Source: a virus (Duplodnaviria; Caudoviricetes). From it: DNA of 29,777 nucleotides. The stretch lies in the IMG/VR virus record IMGVR_UViG_3300030433_000970, positions 1 to 29,777 of that record. One strand, given 5' to 3'. A model generated the notes under the pieces. That model was not told the DNA's origin and searched no databases. It was given only the letters and a program-made list of their open reading frames with translations. Position numbers and translations under genes: made by a program. Positions 8,544 to 17,712 of the stretch are shown piece after piece. How positions within the stretch are numbered: position 1 is the stretch's first letter; the number at the start of each line of letters is the position of its first letter.

Positions 8544-11500
8544 TTATTTTTCATATTCATCTTGATTCCTAAGAAACCTATCCACCCTATTATTTATAGC
8601 ATCTTCTTGTTCTTGGGTTAATTGTGGGTTTTTATCAAGATAAGATTCAGCATATCTAACAAGCTTATTTACTTCAGCCTCTGTATAATTTTTTCTCTTA
8701 GAATTCTTAAACATGTTAAACATATATTCCAGTTCTGAATTCTTTCTAAACTCACCAAAAAAGTTTCTTATTAAAGGAACTTCATCTACTTTAAGATTAT
8801 TTTTATATAAATCAATTGGTGCGCTAATTAATCTTGCTACACTTTTACCTAATCCACCAGATAGATATTGAGTAAAGTATTCCAAAGTTTCAGGGCTTAC
8901 ATCCCCAAATCCATCTAAAGGACCATGTTCAGCACCGACAATCTCACCATCTTCATCATATATAAATTTATTTCCAGTCAAAGCATACCAAAATTCAGCA
9001 GATTCTTTATATACGGCTGGTGTGTTATCCCATGCTAGTTGTACATCAGCTGGTGCCTCCTGATATACTTCTGGATATATTGGGCCACCATAAAAATTTT
9101 TATTAGCACCTAACTGTATAAATGGCTTTACAATTGTAGGTGATATCATTTGTTCTATAGGTGAATCCCCTAATGGATTAAATGAAGCATTTATAGCTGT
9201 TAACAGCCTAAATAACTGGTCTGATTTATCGATTGGCTGTCCACTATGTGCGGCCCATGCAAAGTCTCCAGTAATGTTACCTACAACTTTAAATACATTA
9301 AATCCATATGGTAATCTAAATTTTAGATACTTATCACCTTCACCATATTTTGCTACGAAATAATTATCTTTTACAAAATTACCTAACTTATCATATTCTT
9401 CATTATCGTCAGCCATGTGATTTACAAAAGATTCCATAAATCCCATTGCTACTAATGTGGCTACAGCTTGTTGTGCTTTTTTAGATTTCCCTACAACTGT
9501 CATTATTCTGTAACTACCTTGCAATCCAGCATTAGCAAATAACCATAAACTATTTATTAATGGTCCCCATTCACCTTTTCTATTAAAGTTTATGGTTACA
9601 TTCTTTGCCGCTGATGCCGCTTTTGCATCTGAATAACCAGCATCTATCATAGCTTTAAATAATGTAAGTCTTACAGAAGATTCTGTTGCTTCGTTTAATG
9701 ACTCAACAAATCCTAATATATTTTTACCAGCATCTTTAATTGTGTTCTTGTCTTGACCTACTTTATTTAAACTCTTTTCTAATCCATCTAATTTTTGTTC
9801 TATGCTTTGTATATCAAAAAATCCAGTTTTACCACCAGCAAGTCTCATTCTATTGTATAAGTCACCCCACTCAGAATCAACTTCATCATTTTGAACAATA
9901 TCATAAACAGCTTTCCAACTATTTTTTAAGTTTGTGGGAGACAAAGCCTGACTTCTTATTTCACTACCTTGTTCAGCACTTATATTGATACCAGCTGTTT
10001 GAATGTCTCTGACAAAATTTGAAAATATGAATTCTACATTATATATAGTATTTACATATCTTAGGTATGTGTTAAAATTATTTAAAATAGGTATAGCTTT
10101 TGATACGCCTATACCTCGTAATGCTTTTGCTATTCTAGTACCTTTTGGTCCCTTGAAAATGATTCTCTTAGTTTTACCATCTACTTTAACATTTAAAACA
10201 TTATCCTGGTTTACTTTATTACCTTCACTATCTTTTGCAGATAATGGTGTCATATATTCAATTTCACCATTGTCATTATAAACTGGCTTATGACTAATAC
10301 CTTTAACTTCAAATGCATCACTTGGATACGCCTGGACCAAAGCTAATACTTTTTTATTTACCTCATTCTTTTCCGCTCTAATTATAGCACTATGCATTCT
10401 TTCAGCCGCACTAACAATAATATTCTTGACTGGCTTTTTACTACCTTTCGCTCTAGCATATTCTCTACCGCCAAAAATATTAAAACCCTTGCCTTTATCC
10501 ATGCCTAAATAACCGCTTGAATTCACTAAATTATCAGTATCATCCATCTCTCTAAATAATGGCACATAATTTTTAAATACTCCATCTTTCAGACTATCAT
10601 AATCCTTTTGACTTAATAAACCAGCATCTAATCTTACCTTTAGTTCTGGTTCAATAAATATTTGCCTAAACTCTTTAGTGTACGCTCTTAAATTTTTTAA
10701 GCCATACTTTTTATTTAGTTCAGCTTTTATTCTTTTAGCTTCGCTATTTGACATACCACTACCACCATCTTTATATTTAGATTTAGGTAATCCAGCTATG
10801 TAAGCATTTCTTTCTGCGGCATGTTGGGCATGTAAATACCTACTAAAATCATCAATAGATATACCAACATTTTTTATTAGTCTATTTACAAAACTATCTT
10901 GTTTATGACCATTAATAGCTATGTCATTAAAATCAGATATTCTTTCTGGCATTCTACCAACAGCTAATTCTGCGGCTAATGCAACATCTCGCTCTTCAGT
11001 GACTTTATTATTCTCTAAAAATTGACTTTCAATATCCTCTTGCCAGGTTATTATAGGCGTAAGGGCATCAATAATCTTTCTTCTTACAACACCAGAAATA
11101 CTTTCATCTGATAATTCTAATGGGGCGTTTTTTGTAGCCGACTTTATTTGTGCGGCTAAATTAGGATTGGGTCCTAGCTGGTAGGTTAACTGGTCTTGCT
11201 TGGCTTTCTTTTCAAGCGCTTCTCGAATTTGTTGTTCAACTTGAGGTCCATAATGATTGTCGAGCCTTTTTTGTATATCGGGTCCGAAGCTGTCGGAGAG
11301 TTTATTACGATACCGCTGTCCAGCACTATCTTTTTTCCAGTTGTTGTTTGTTCTTTCATAATTTATCCCTAGTTCATCTAAATTTAACTCCATCCCAACT
11401 TCTTTCATAACCCTTTTTATTGCTGAAGTTAGCTGGGTGCTATAGTTATTTATATCTACGCGCTTAACATTTGTAGGTATCATAAGAGCGCCATCATCAA

Positions 11501-14500
11501 AATATACTGATGGCATAAATTTTTTCGGTAACTCATCTTCTAAAATTGCTATAACAGCATCTTTATTAGCTTGTGTATCTAAATTAGGATGGCTTAAGCG
11601 TAAACCTAACATAGCACTATTTGGATTAGTTCTAGAATAGGCTACATTTTCTTTCTGTGTAATAAGCCCAATAGAATGCATTAAGCCTTTTACTGCTTGA
11701 GAACTGCCACGAACTTTAATATTTCTTCCATCAGTTTTTATAACTTTTAGGCCCATCTCTTTAGCTAGTTTTTTAATTGGCCCATTCAATATCTTCTTAT
11801 TTAATGATTCTTTTTGCCTTGGTCTGAGTCTTTCAAATGCATCACCATACTGCCTATACAAAGGACTATTTTTGTCCATGTCTAGCTTAAAAGATATTTG
11901 CGGCTTTATTAATTCCATTGCATCTGGTATTGACTGCCCATCAGAAGTTTCTGACATTCTAGCTATAGCTGTCCAACCAATAGCCTGGACCTGATGTGGC
12001 TTTAGGTTACCACCTAAATATCCCATCTCATTTAATTTATCAGTCAACTCATTCATATAACGACTAGCATATTCATACTGAGTTTCTGAAGGACCAGCAC
12101 CTTCCTGGTCAATAACTAACCCCTTCAAATCATTTTTATTTACAGCTAGTCTTTTTAAAATATTCATTAGCTTTCCGTCTATAAAACCAGCATCTCTAAA
12201 TGTATGCCTATCAATAGCAACTGGCGCTAATCCAAATGGGTCATCCATCATTACAGTTCTTGTAGACTTGCCTAATGCACTATCTAAAAAGTCATATAGT
12301 TTTGCCCCAGCACCTTTCACTACTCTTTTACCTTTTAAGGCTGATTTTATGTTTGTAGCAACGGATTCAGTTCCAGGTGTTTTAAATGATGGCAGTGCGG
12401 CTTTTAATTGTTCACCAGCTAAGAATGTATTAGACAATGCTTGTAATGGACTAGCCTGGACATTACCAAGTAACCATGCAACCATATAATTAACTGCATC
12501 CTTTTCTCCAAACTCTTCAACAAAACTAGGATATGCTTCTTCATACCATACAGCGGCTTTCATCACCTCTTCATCATTTAAAGTGCTTTCTACTTGACGT
12601 ATCCAATCTTCTGGGGTTTTATTTCTACCCAAAATCATTACACCGCCATTTTTAAGTTTTACCTCTACTCTTTTATTGATTTGTTGACCTACACCCCTGG
12701 CTCTTTTCTTAGCCTTAGATACTCTATTAGCCTTATCCTCATCTCCAACAACATCAGGATATAAACCAACAGCTTTTTCAACGACAGATGATTCTAACTG
12801 AAATGTTATATCATTGTTTCTAGGGTCAAATGTTCCTCTGTTAAATTGTGATTTTATTTGATTGGGTTCAAAAGCAACTACATGCATTGCTGGACCCATA
12901 ATAGGGCTAAACATGCCTGAGTATCTATCATGTGCATTGTTTAATACTATACCATCAAATCCAGCCGCTTCAATAACTCTTCTGATAAACTCATTACCCA
13001 TTAGCTTACCATCTTCATTTTCAATATCTGCTACAATATCAGAATCTTTCATTATCTTCATAAATTCTGACCCAGTTAATGACATATCAACTGCACTATT
13101 GAAAATCAACTGTTGTATTTCGCGAACAGAATCTTCATCATATCTATAATTCAAATCAGCAAAGATGTCTGGTATTGCATCTATCATATCTACTACTGGA
13201 CCAGTTTCATCTATTACCTCTCCAGTCTCTTCATCTAATTCATATTCATACTCTAAATATGTATCTGGTGTTATATCACCATCTTTAGAACCTAATACAA
13301 ATGGATTCTGTATGGATAAATACACTGGCATAACATTGCCTTTATTTTCCATAAACTCATCCATTATAAATTTATCGTATATCTGGTCTTGTCTCGCTGA
13401 CCTACCATACTTATCTCCAAATAAATCTTGTGCAGATTTTTGACTTTTAATTAATAAATCTGGACTTCCTTCTGTTGCATAACTACGATTGACATCATTT
13501 ATATTGCTAGAGAAATAAAATCCACTACCAAAATCTGATTCATGAAATGTTTCAGCTATATCAAATGTTTGAAAGTTTCTTGTTGTACCATGGAACATTC
13601 TTAATGGTGCGCTAGTGTCATCATCCCTAGTTATTTTAGAGTCTTTAAACCAGTTGCGAAATTCTGGTGTGTCTATACTTGGTTGTAATTCTTTATTACG
13701 AGTGTTATGCCAATTCTGGAAATTGGGGTCATCATCTAACCTATCTAGTAGCTGATAGGATTTTGGGGCTTTAGGATTCTTTTTAGTTGGTGGTGGATTC
13801 TGAAATTGTTCCAAATAGTCTTCACCATACAAAGCAATATCTTCATCAACCATTCTACCAAATTCTTCATTAACTTCAATTCCTTCCGTTGGTCCGCGCA
13901 TCTTATCAAAAACTAGCGTTCCATCGCTCATTTGGCCCATTTTTTCTATAAATTCGCTAGAAATGTCCTCTGGAATGTAAATTGCATCCTGAAATTCTTT
14001 CGATATCGTTTTAAAGCCGCCTATGGTGTATAAAATCGCATCTGAGAATAACTCAAGGTTACCATCGCCTTCCTCTGTAAAACGAAGATTATACCCTATT
14101 TCTGAAGCAAGTTTTCTGACGGACCTTGCCCAAATTTCGATTTTATCCGCTAAGGCTTTTTCTTCGGCGTTTTTTGAGTTTCTAAGCTGTTTGAGTCTTG
14201 CTTCGACTGCTTCTTCAAGAAGTGTGCTTCTATCCGCTCTGCTGGTGAGCGATATATTGCCTTGAATATCATTCGTGCCTCTTGCAGTGACTGCGAATTG
14301 TCTTTCTCCATCTTTGGATTCGACTTCTGAGAATCCATTGCTTTCTGGGTCATAACCTAACTCCCTTATTCTACTTTCTGAAAAAACTCTATCCCCATTG
14401 TCATCTGCATCGTATTCTATATTTAATGGGTTTGCTTCATCATCGTTGATTTCTTTTGCTGTTGTCTCTATTGTTATAGCATCTCTTTGCTGTACTTCAG

Positions 14501-15680
14501 CATCTACTTCATCATCTCCTGGGTTCATATCTTCGTTGGTAGCCATGATGCCATTGACTACGCTTTGCGCTGTAGATGGTCCATATTCCGCAGTAACATC
14601 TACTGCCATCCTTCCACCTTGTATTGGTAGTAAACCAGCGGCTGTTTGTTTTGCAGTCTCCCATGCTTCATCTACCATACTTTGCCAGGTCCTTGTAGGT
14701 ACACCTTCTAGTACAGCACCTACTTCTGTTGTTAGGAATTCTATACCTAACTGCAATTCTTCTTCTGCTATTTGTGTTGCCCAATCCTTTCCATATTGTT
14801 GTACCCACTTTCCAACTAAATCACTAGTAGACTTTGCTATAACATCATTAGCTTTTTTCTGTAAAGACTTAGGTATAACTTTACCAATCTGTGCTTGTTC
14901 TACTAAACCATAAAATAATCCACCAGTGTTAGCAAGTAAACTAGCTGTTCTTGGGTCCACATCTCTACTTAACATATTTTTAAGCATGTTTCCAGCGCCT
15001 TGTCTGGAAAAATAAAAACTACTACCTACAGCAAATCCAGTAGCGCCGCTCATAGGTACAGTTACTATTTCTTCTGGAAGTACTGCTTGTGGTCCCATTT
15101 GACCAACTATTGCCGCTCCAGTCATACCAGCCGCCGCTCCTGGTATACCAGCTTCAAATCCTTTTGACATAGAACCAGCTAATTGACCAGATGCCCTAGC
15201 TACATACTCTAAAAAGTTATCAGCCTCAATTGGGTCATTTTGCGCTATTGCCTCATACTGACTATATGCTTTTTTCAAATCTTCAAAATCTTGGCTACCA
15301 GGCACATTATGAAATGAATCATAAAAAGCTACATCAAAATCTGCGGCTTTCCTGGACCTCTTAAAAGACTTCTTAAATGTACCAATAATACCTAAATCTG
15401 GTTTTGTAGATACTGGCTTTTTCTGTTCTTCTTTCTGCGCTTCCATCGCATCGAAGATTCTTTTGTTATCAAAACCATCTTTGCGAAGTTTTTGTATCTG
15501 ATTTAGTTCTTTAGGCGTTTTAAACTTATCCTCTGGTTCAACAGCAAAATTAGGGTCATCACCTAATTCTAAAATTTTATCAACTATAGTTTGATTAGAC
15601 GTATCTGTAGTATCCTTGCTGGGCTGTATAGGACCAGACTTATTATGATAATATTGTCGTAAAAAATCTAAATCAGACAT
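8544..15680 (-). CDS. Giant internal virion (ejection) polyvalent protein: zincin-like, ART-PolyVal-like, HhH/glycosylase-like and LPD38-like domains
   Basis: 2378 aa in the ejection-protein position. ART-like motifs: TPEFRNWF, PLRMFHGT, GSGFYFS, VMPVYL, GFDGI, FEPNQIKS. Second domain: VAIDRH and PHQVQAIGW. C-terminal LPD38-like motifs: NFNRKG, LWLFANAGLQG, LPYGF. Confidence 0.75.
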   Translation of the reverse strand: MSDLDFLRQYYHNKSGPIQPSKDTTDTSNQTIVDKILELGDDPNFAVEPEDKFKTPKELNQIQKLRKDGFDNKRIFDAMEAQKEEQKKPVSTKPDLGIIGTFKKSFKRSRKAADFDVAFYDSFHNVPGSQDFEDLKKAYSQYEAIAQNDPIEADNFLEYVARASGQLAGSMSKGFEAGIPGAAAGMTGAAIVGQMGPQAVLPEEIVTVPMSGATGFAVGSSFYFSRQGAGNMLKNMLSRDVDPRTASLLANTGGLFYGLVEQAQIGKVIPKSLQKKANDVIAKSTSDLVGKWVQQYGKDWATQIAEEELQLGIEFLTTEVGAVLEGVPTRTWQSMVDEAWETAKQTAAGLLPIQGGRMAVDVTAEYGPSTAQSVVNGIMATNEDMNPGDDEVDAEVQQRDAITIETTAKEINDDEANPLNIEYDADDNGDRVFSESRIRELGYDPESNGFSEVESKDGERQFAVTARGTNDIQGNISLTSRADRSTLLEEAVEARLKQLRNSKNAEEKALADKIEIWARSVRKLASEIGYNLRFTEEGDGNLELFSDAILYTIGGFKTISKEFQDAIYIPEDISSEFIEKMGQMSDGTLVFDKMRGPTEGIEVNEEFGRMVDEDIALYGEDYLEQFQNPPPTKKNPKAPKSYQLLDRLDDDPNFQNWHNTRNKELQPSIDTPEFRNWFKDSKITRDDDTSAPLRMFHGTTRNFQTFDIAETFHESDFGSGFYFSSNINDVNRSYATEGSPDLLIKSQKSAQDLFGDKYGRSARQDQIYDKFIMDEFMENKGNVMPVYLSIQNPFVLGSKDGDITPDTYLEYEYELDEETGEVIDETGPVVDMIDAIPDIFADLNYRYDEDSVREIQQLIFNSAVDMSLTGSEFMKIMKDSDIVADIENEDGKLMGNEFIRRVIEAAGFDGIVLNNAHDRYSGMFSPIMGPAMHVVAFEPNQIKSQFNRGTFDPRNNDITFQLESSVVEKAVGLYPDVVGDEDKANRVSKAKKRARGVGQQINKRVEVKLKNGGVMILGRNKTPEDWIRQVESTLNDEEVMKAAVWYEEAYPSFVEEFGEKDAVNYMVAWLLGNVQASPLQALSNTFLAGEQLKAALPSFKTPGTESVATNIKSALKGKRVVKGAGAKLYDFLDSALGKSTRTVMMDDPFGLAPVAIDRHTFRDAGFIDGKLMNILKRLAVNKNDLKGLVIDQEGAGPSETQYEYASRYMNELTDKLNEMGYLGGNLKPHQVQAIGWTAIARMSETSDGQSIPDAMELIKPQISFKLDMDKNSPLYRQYGDAFERLRPRQKESLNKKILNGPIKKLAKEMGLKVIKTDGRNIKVRGSSQAVKGLMHSIGLITQKENVAYSRTNPNSAMLGLRLSHPNLDTQANKDAVIAILEDELPKKFMPSVYFDDGALMIPTNVKRVDINNYSTQLTSAIKRVMKEVGMELNLDELGINYERTNNNWKKDSAGQRYRNKLSDSFGPDIQKRLDNHYGPQVEQQIREALEKKAKQDQLTYQLGPNPNLAAQIKSATKNAPLELSDESISGVVRRKIIDALTPIITWQEDIESQFLENNKVTEERDVALAAELAVGRMPERISDFNDIAINGHKQDSFVNRLIKNVGISIDDFSRYLHAQHAAERNAYIAGLPKSKYKDGGSGMSNSEAKRIKAELNKKYGLKNLRAYTKEFRQIFIEPELKVRLDAGLLSQKDYDSLKDGVFKNYVPLFREMDDTDNLVNSSGYLGMDKGKGFNIFGGREYARAKGSKKPVKNIIVSAAERMHSAIIRAEKNEVNKKVLALVQAYPSDAFEVKGISHKPVYNDNGEIEYMTPLSAKDSEGNKVNQDNVLNVKVDGKTKRIIFKGPKGTRIAKALRGIGVSKAIPILNNFNTYLRYVNTIYNVEFIFSNFVRDIQTAGINISAEQGSEIRSQALSPTNLKNSWKAVYDIVQNDEVDSEWGDLYNRMRLAGGKTGFFDIQSIEQKLDGLEKSLNKVGQDKNTIKDAGKNILGFVESLNEATESSVRLTLFKAMIDAGYSDAKAASAAKNVTINFNRKGEWGPLINSLWLFANAGLQGSYRIMTVVGKSKKAQQAVATLVAMGFMESFVNHMADDNEEYDKLGNFVKDNYFVAKYGEGDKYLKFRLPYGFNVFKVVGNITGDFAWAAHSGQPIDKSDQLFRLLTAINASFNPLGDSPIEQMISPTIVKPFIQLGANKNFYGGPIYPEVYQEAPADVQLAWDNTPAVYKESAEFWYALTGNKFIYDEDGEIVGAEHGPLDGFGDVSPETLEYFTQYLSGGLGKSVARLISAPIDLYKNNLKVDEVPLIRNFFGEFRKNSELEYMFNMFKNSKRKNYTEAEVNKLVRYAESYLDKNPQLTQEQEDAINNRVDRFLRNQDEYEK

Positions 15681-15681
15681 A

Positions 15682-16428
15682 CTATTGGTTCATACTTTTA
15701 ATAAATGCATCGTATTCAGCTTTTAAACCAGCGCGTGTAAATTCGGCTTCAACTTTATCCATATCTCTATTGTACTTTCTTACAGCCGCTAATACTAATT
15801 CTTCCATATCAAATCTTAATTCTCTATCTCTCTTCTGAATAGCTAATCGTTTTTTTTCTGTCAACTCTTTAAGTTCTGCTTCTTTTGCTTTTATATCTTT
15901 TCTTCGTAATGTTTTAACATTTGTATCAGCCATACTTGGGCGTTTTAGTGCCTCGTATTTAGCATCTAACCCATCTATTTGTCTTTGTATGTTATTTATC
16001 TCATCATTACTTTGTGCTAGTTTGCGCTTGTATGGAACAAACTCTAATTTTATCTTGTCTCTTTCACTCTGAACTTTATCTATTTTTTTCTTTTCTGCTT
16101 TAGCTACTGACTCTTCTTCTTTTTTCGCTTTATCTGCAATTCTTTCCTTCCAATCGGATTGAGTTTTAAGGTTGTCTTTAGTTCTTTTATCTTGTCTAGC
16201 CTTACCTTCTTGAAATTTTTGTGCATCTGTTTTTTCTTTGACTTTAGCCTCATTCAATAACTTAGCCTTTTGTTCTGGACTAAGCTGTCTCCATAAATCA
16301 AACCTAGCCTTATCTTCACCTGGGTCAGGCATTTCTGTTTGACCTATATTTGTCTCTACATTACCAGAACTACCTCTATTAACTTTAGTAGAGGCCCTCA
16401 ATAAACTATCCATATAACCTTGTGCCAT
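15682..16428 (-). CDS. Putative ejection protein (charged coiled coil)
   Basis: Lys/Glu-rich helical 248-aa protein between the nozzle and the giant protein; AGGA RBS. Confidence 0.55.
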   Translation of the reverse strand: MAQGYMDSLLRASTKVNRGSSGNVETNIGQTEMPDPGEDKARFDLWRQLSPEQKAKLLNEAKVKEKTDAQKFQEGKARQDKRTKDNLKTQSDWKERIADKAKKEEESVAKAEKKKIDKVQSERDKIKLEFVPYKRKLAQSNDEINNIQRQIDGLDAKYEALKRPSMADTNVKTLRRKDIKAKEAELKELTEKKRLAIQKRDRELRFDMEELVLAAVRKYNRDMDKVEAEFTRAGLKAEYDAFIKSMNQ

Positions 16429-16437
16429 AATTAAATC

Positions 16438-17097
16438 CTATCGAGTTAAAATATCATAATTCCTAATTATCCAGTCTAACAGACTAGCTTTCTTTTCTTT
16501 GGCCATTTTCGTTTTTTCTTCAGGCTTTGTACTTTTTTCATCTTTATCAGATGTACCAAATAAATATTCATCTAGCGCTGTTGTTCTTGCTTGGTCAAAA
16601 TAACCATCTATACCAGTTGATGCCGCATCAAAGAAATCATCAGTAATGCTGTCACCTCTTTGCAACCTAGCTAATGCATTATTATAATCAATATTTTCTA
16701 TACCCTGACCAATTCTAGCCGCTTCCTCTAAACCTTTTACCTTGCTTTGTTCATTTGCTTGTGCAATCTCTTTTGCTATCCTAGCAAGTTGTAAAGTTGT
16801 TTGACCGCCTTGTTTAAGCATTTGTTCTGCTGGTATACCACTATTTTCCAAGCCTTGTTTTATAGCTAAGTTTCTGATATTTTGGTTACCCTCTTTTTGA
16901 GTTTGCTTAATATCTGAAATAACTTCATTCTTTACATTATTACCATAAAGACCTTCTTTTCCAATCTGCCTTTGCTTATTTAATAATGCAGTGGTATCGC
17001 TTGATACTTTTTGTTGTGGGGCTGGTCTGAAAAGCTTACTTAAACCTTTCATTACACCAGGGGCCGCCGCTAATAATCCTCTTGTATATGCATCCAT
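16438..17097 (-). CDS. Putative ejection / DNA pilot protein
   Basis: Ala/Gly amphipathic N-terminus (GLLAAAPGVMKGLSKLF), Gln/Ala-rich helix; position matches P22 gp7-like proteins. Confidence 0.55.
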   Translation of the reverse strand: MDAYTRGLLAAAPGVMKGLSKLFRPAPQQKVSSDTTALLNKQRQIGKEGLYGNNVKNEVISDIKQTQKEGNQNIRNLAIKQGLENSGIPAEQMLKQGGQTTLQLARIAKEIAQANEQSKVKGLEEAARIGQGIENIDYNNALARLQRGDSITDDFFDAASTGIDGYFDQARTTALDEYLFGTSDKDEKSTKPEEKTKMAKEKKASLLDWIIRNYDILTR

Positions 17098-17099
17098 AC

Positions 17100-17357
17100 T
17101 TAACTCACTTTCGTTCCAGTAAACATAAATGTGTTACCTTCATTATCCTTAAAATATATTCGTGACTGGTCACTAGTTGGTTCACTTGGCCCAATCTGAC
17201 CTTTTTTAATTGTAGTAAAAACAAACTGACCTGGTTTAATATCATTTGATTTTACCTCTCCAGTTGTTACCCTAGTCTTAGTTTCTTTTCTTCTAGTTTG
17301 AGTGACTTGCTGTACACCCTTGTCAGTTTTTTCATCTGCAAATCTTATTCTAGCCAT
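17100..17357 (-). CDS. Hypothetical virion protein
   Basis: 85 aa, overlapping the upstream ORF in the tail module. Confidence 0.7.
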   Translation of the reverse strand: MARIRFADEKTDKGVQQVTQTRRKETKTRVTTGEVKSNDIKPGQFVFTTIKKGQIGPSEPTSDQSRIYFKDNEGNTFMFTGTKVS

Positions 17358-17712
17358 CTATTTCTATCTCCAATTTTCTTATAACTACATCCTGATTATC
17401 ATTTTGAGTTTGTAACTCAATTGATAATGCCTTAGCCCTGGCTCCTACAGATGGCCTTCTACTAACTATTTTACTCCCACTACTATTTGCTGGAAAATCA
17501 ATAGAAAACAATGCTGTGCCAGTTAGTTCTCCATCCGCATATCCCTTGCATGTAATAATACTGCCACTATCATAATGGAGATTTATTCTCCTAATAATAT
17601 TTGCTTTATCATATCCACCACTAATATCAATTATACCAGTTTGATATTTGCCCTGGATTTTCTCAGTACTACTGCTATTATGTAATTCTCTTATTTCAGT
17701 CTTAAATGCCAT
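17350..17712 (-). CDS. Beta-sandwich protein resembling the C-terminal domain of podovirus nozzle proteins
   Basis: KYQTGIID, IRRINLHYDS, RAKALSIELQ, VIRKLEIE pattern; TAATG-coupled to the nozzle gene. Confidence 0.6.
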   Translation of the reverse strand: MAFKTEIRELHNSSSTEKIQGKYQTGIIDISGGYDKANIIRRINLHYDSGSIITCKGYADGELTGTALFSIDFPANSSGSKIVSRRPSVGARAKALSIELQTQNDNQDVVIRKLEIEIDG

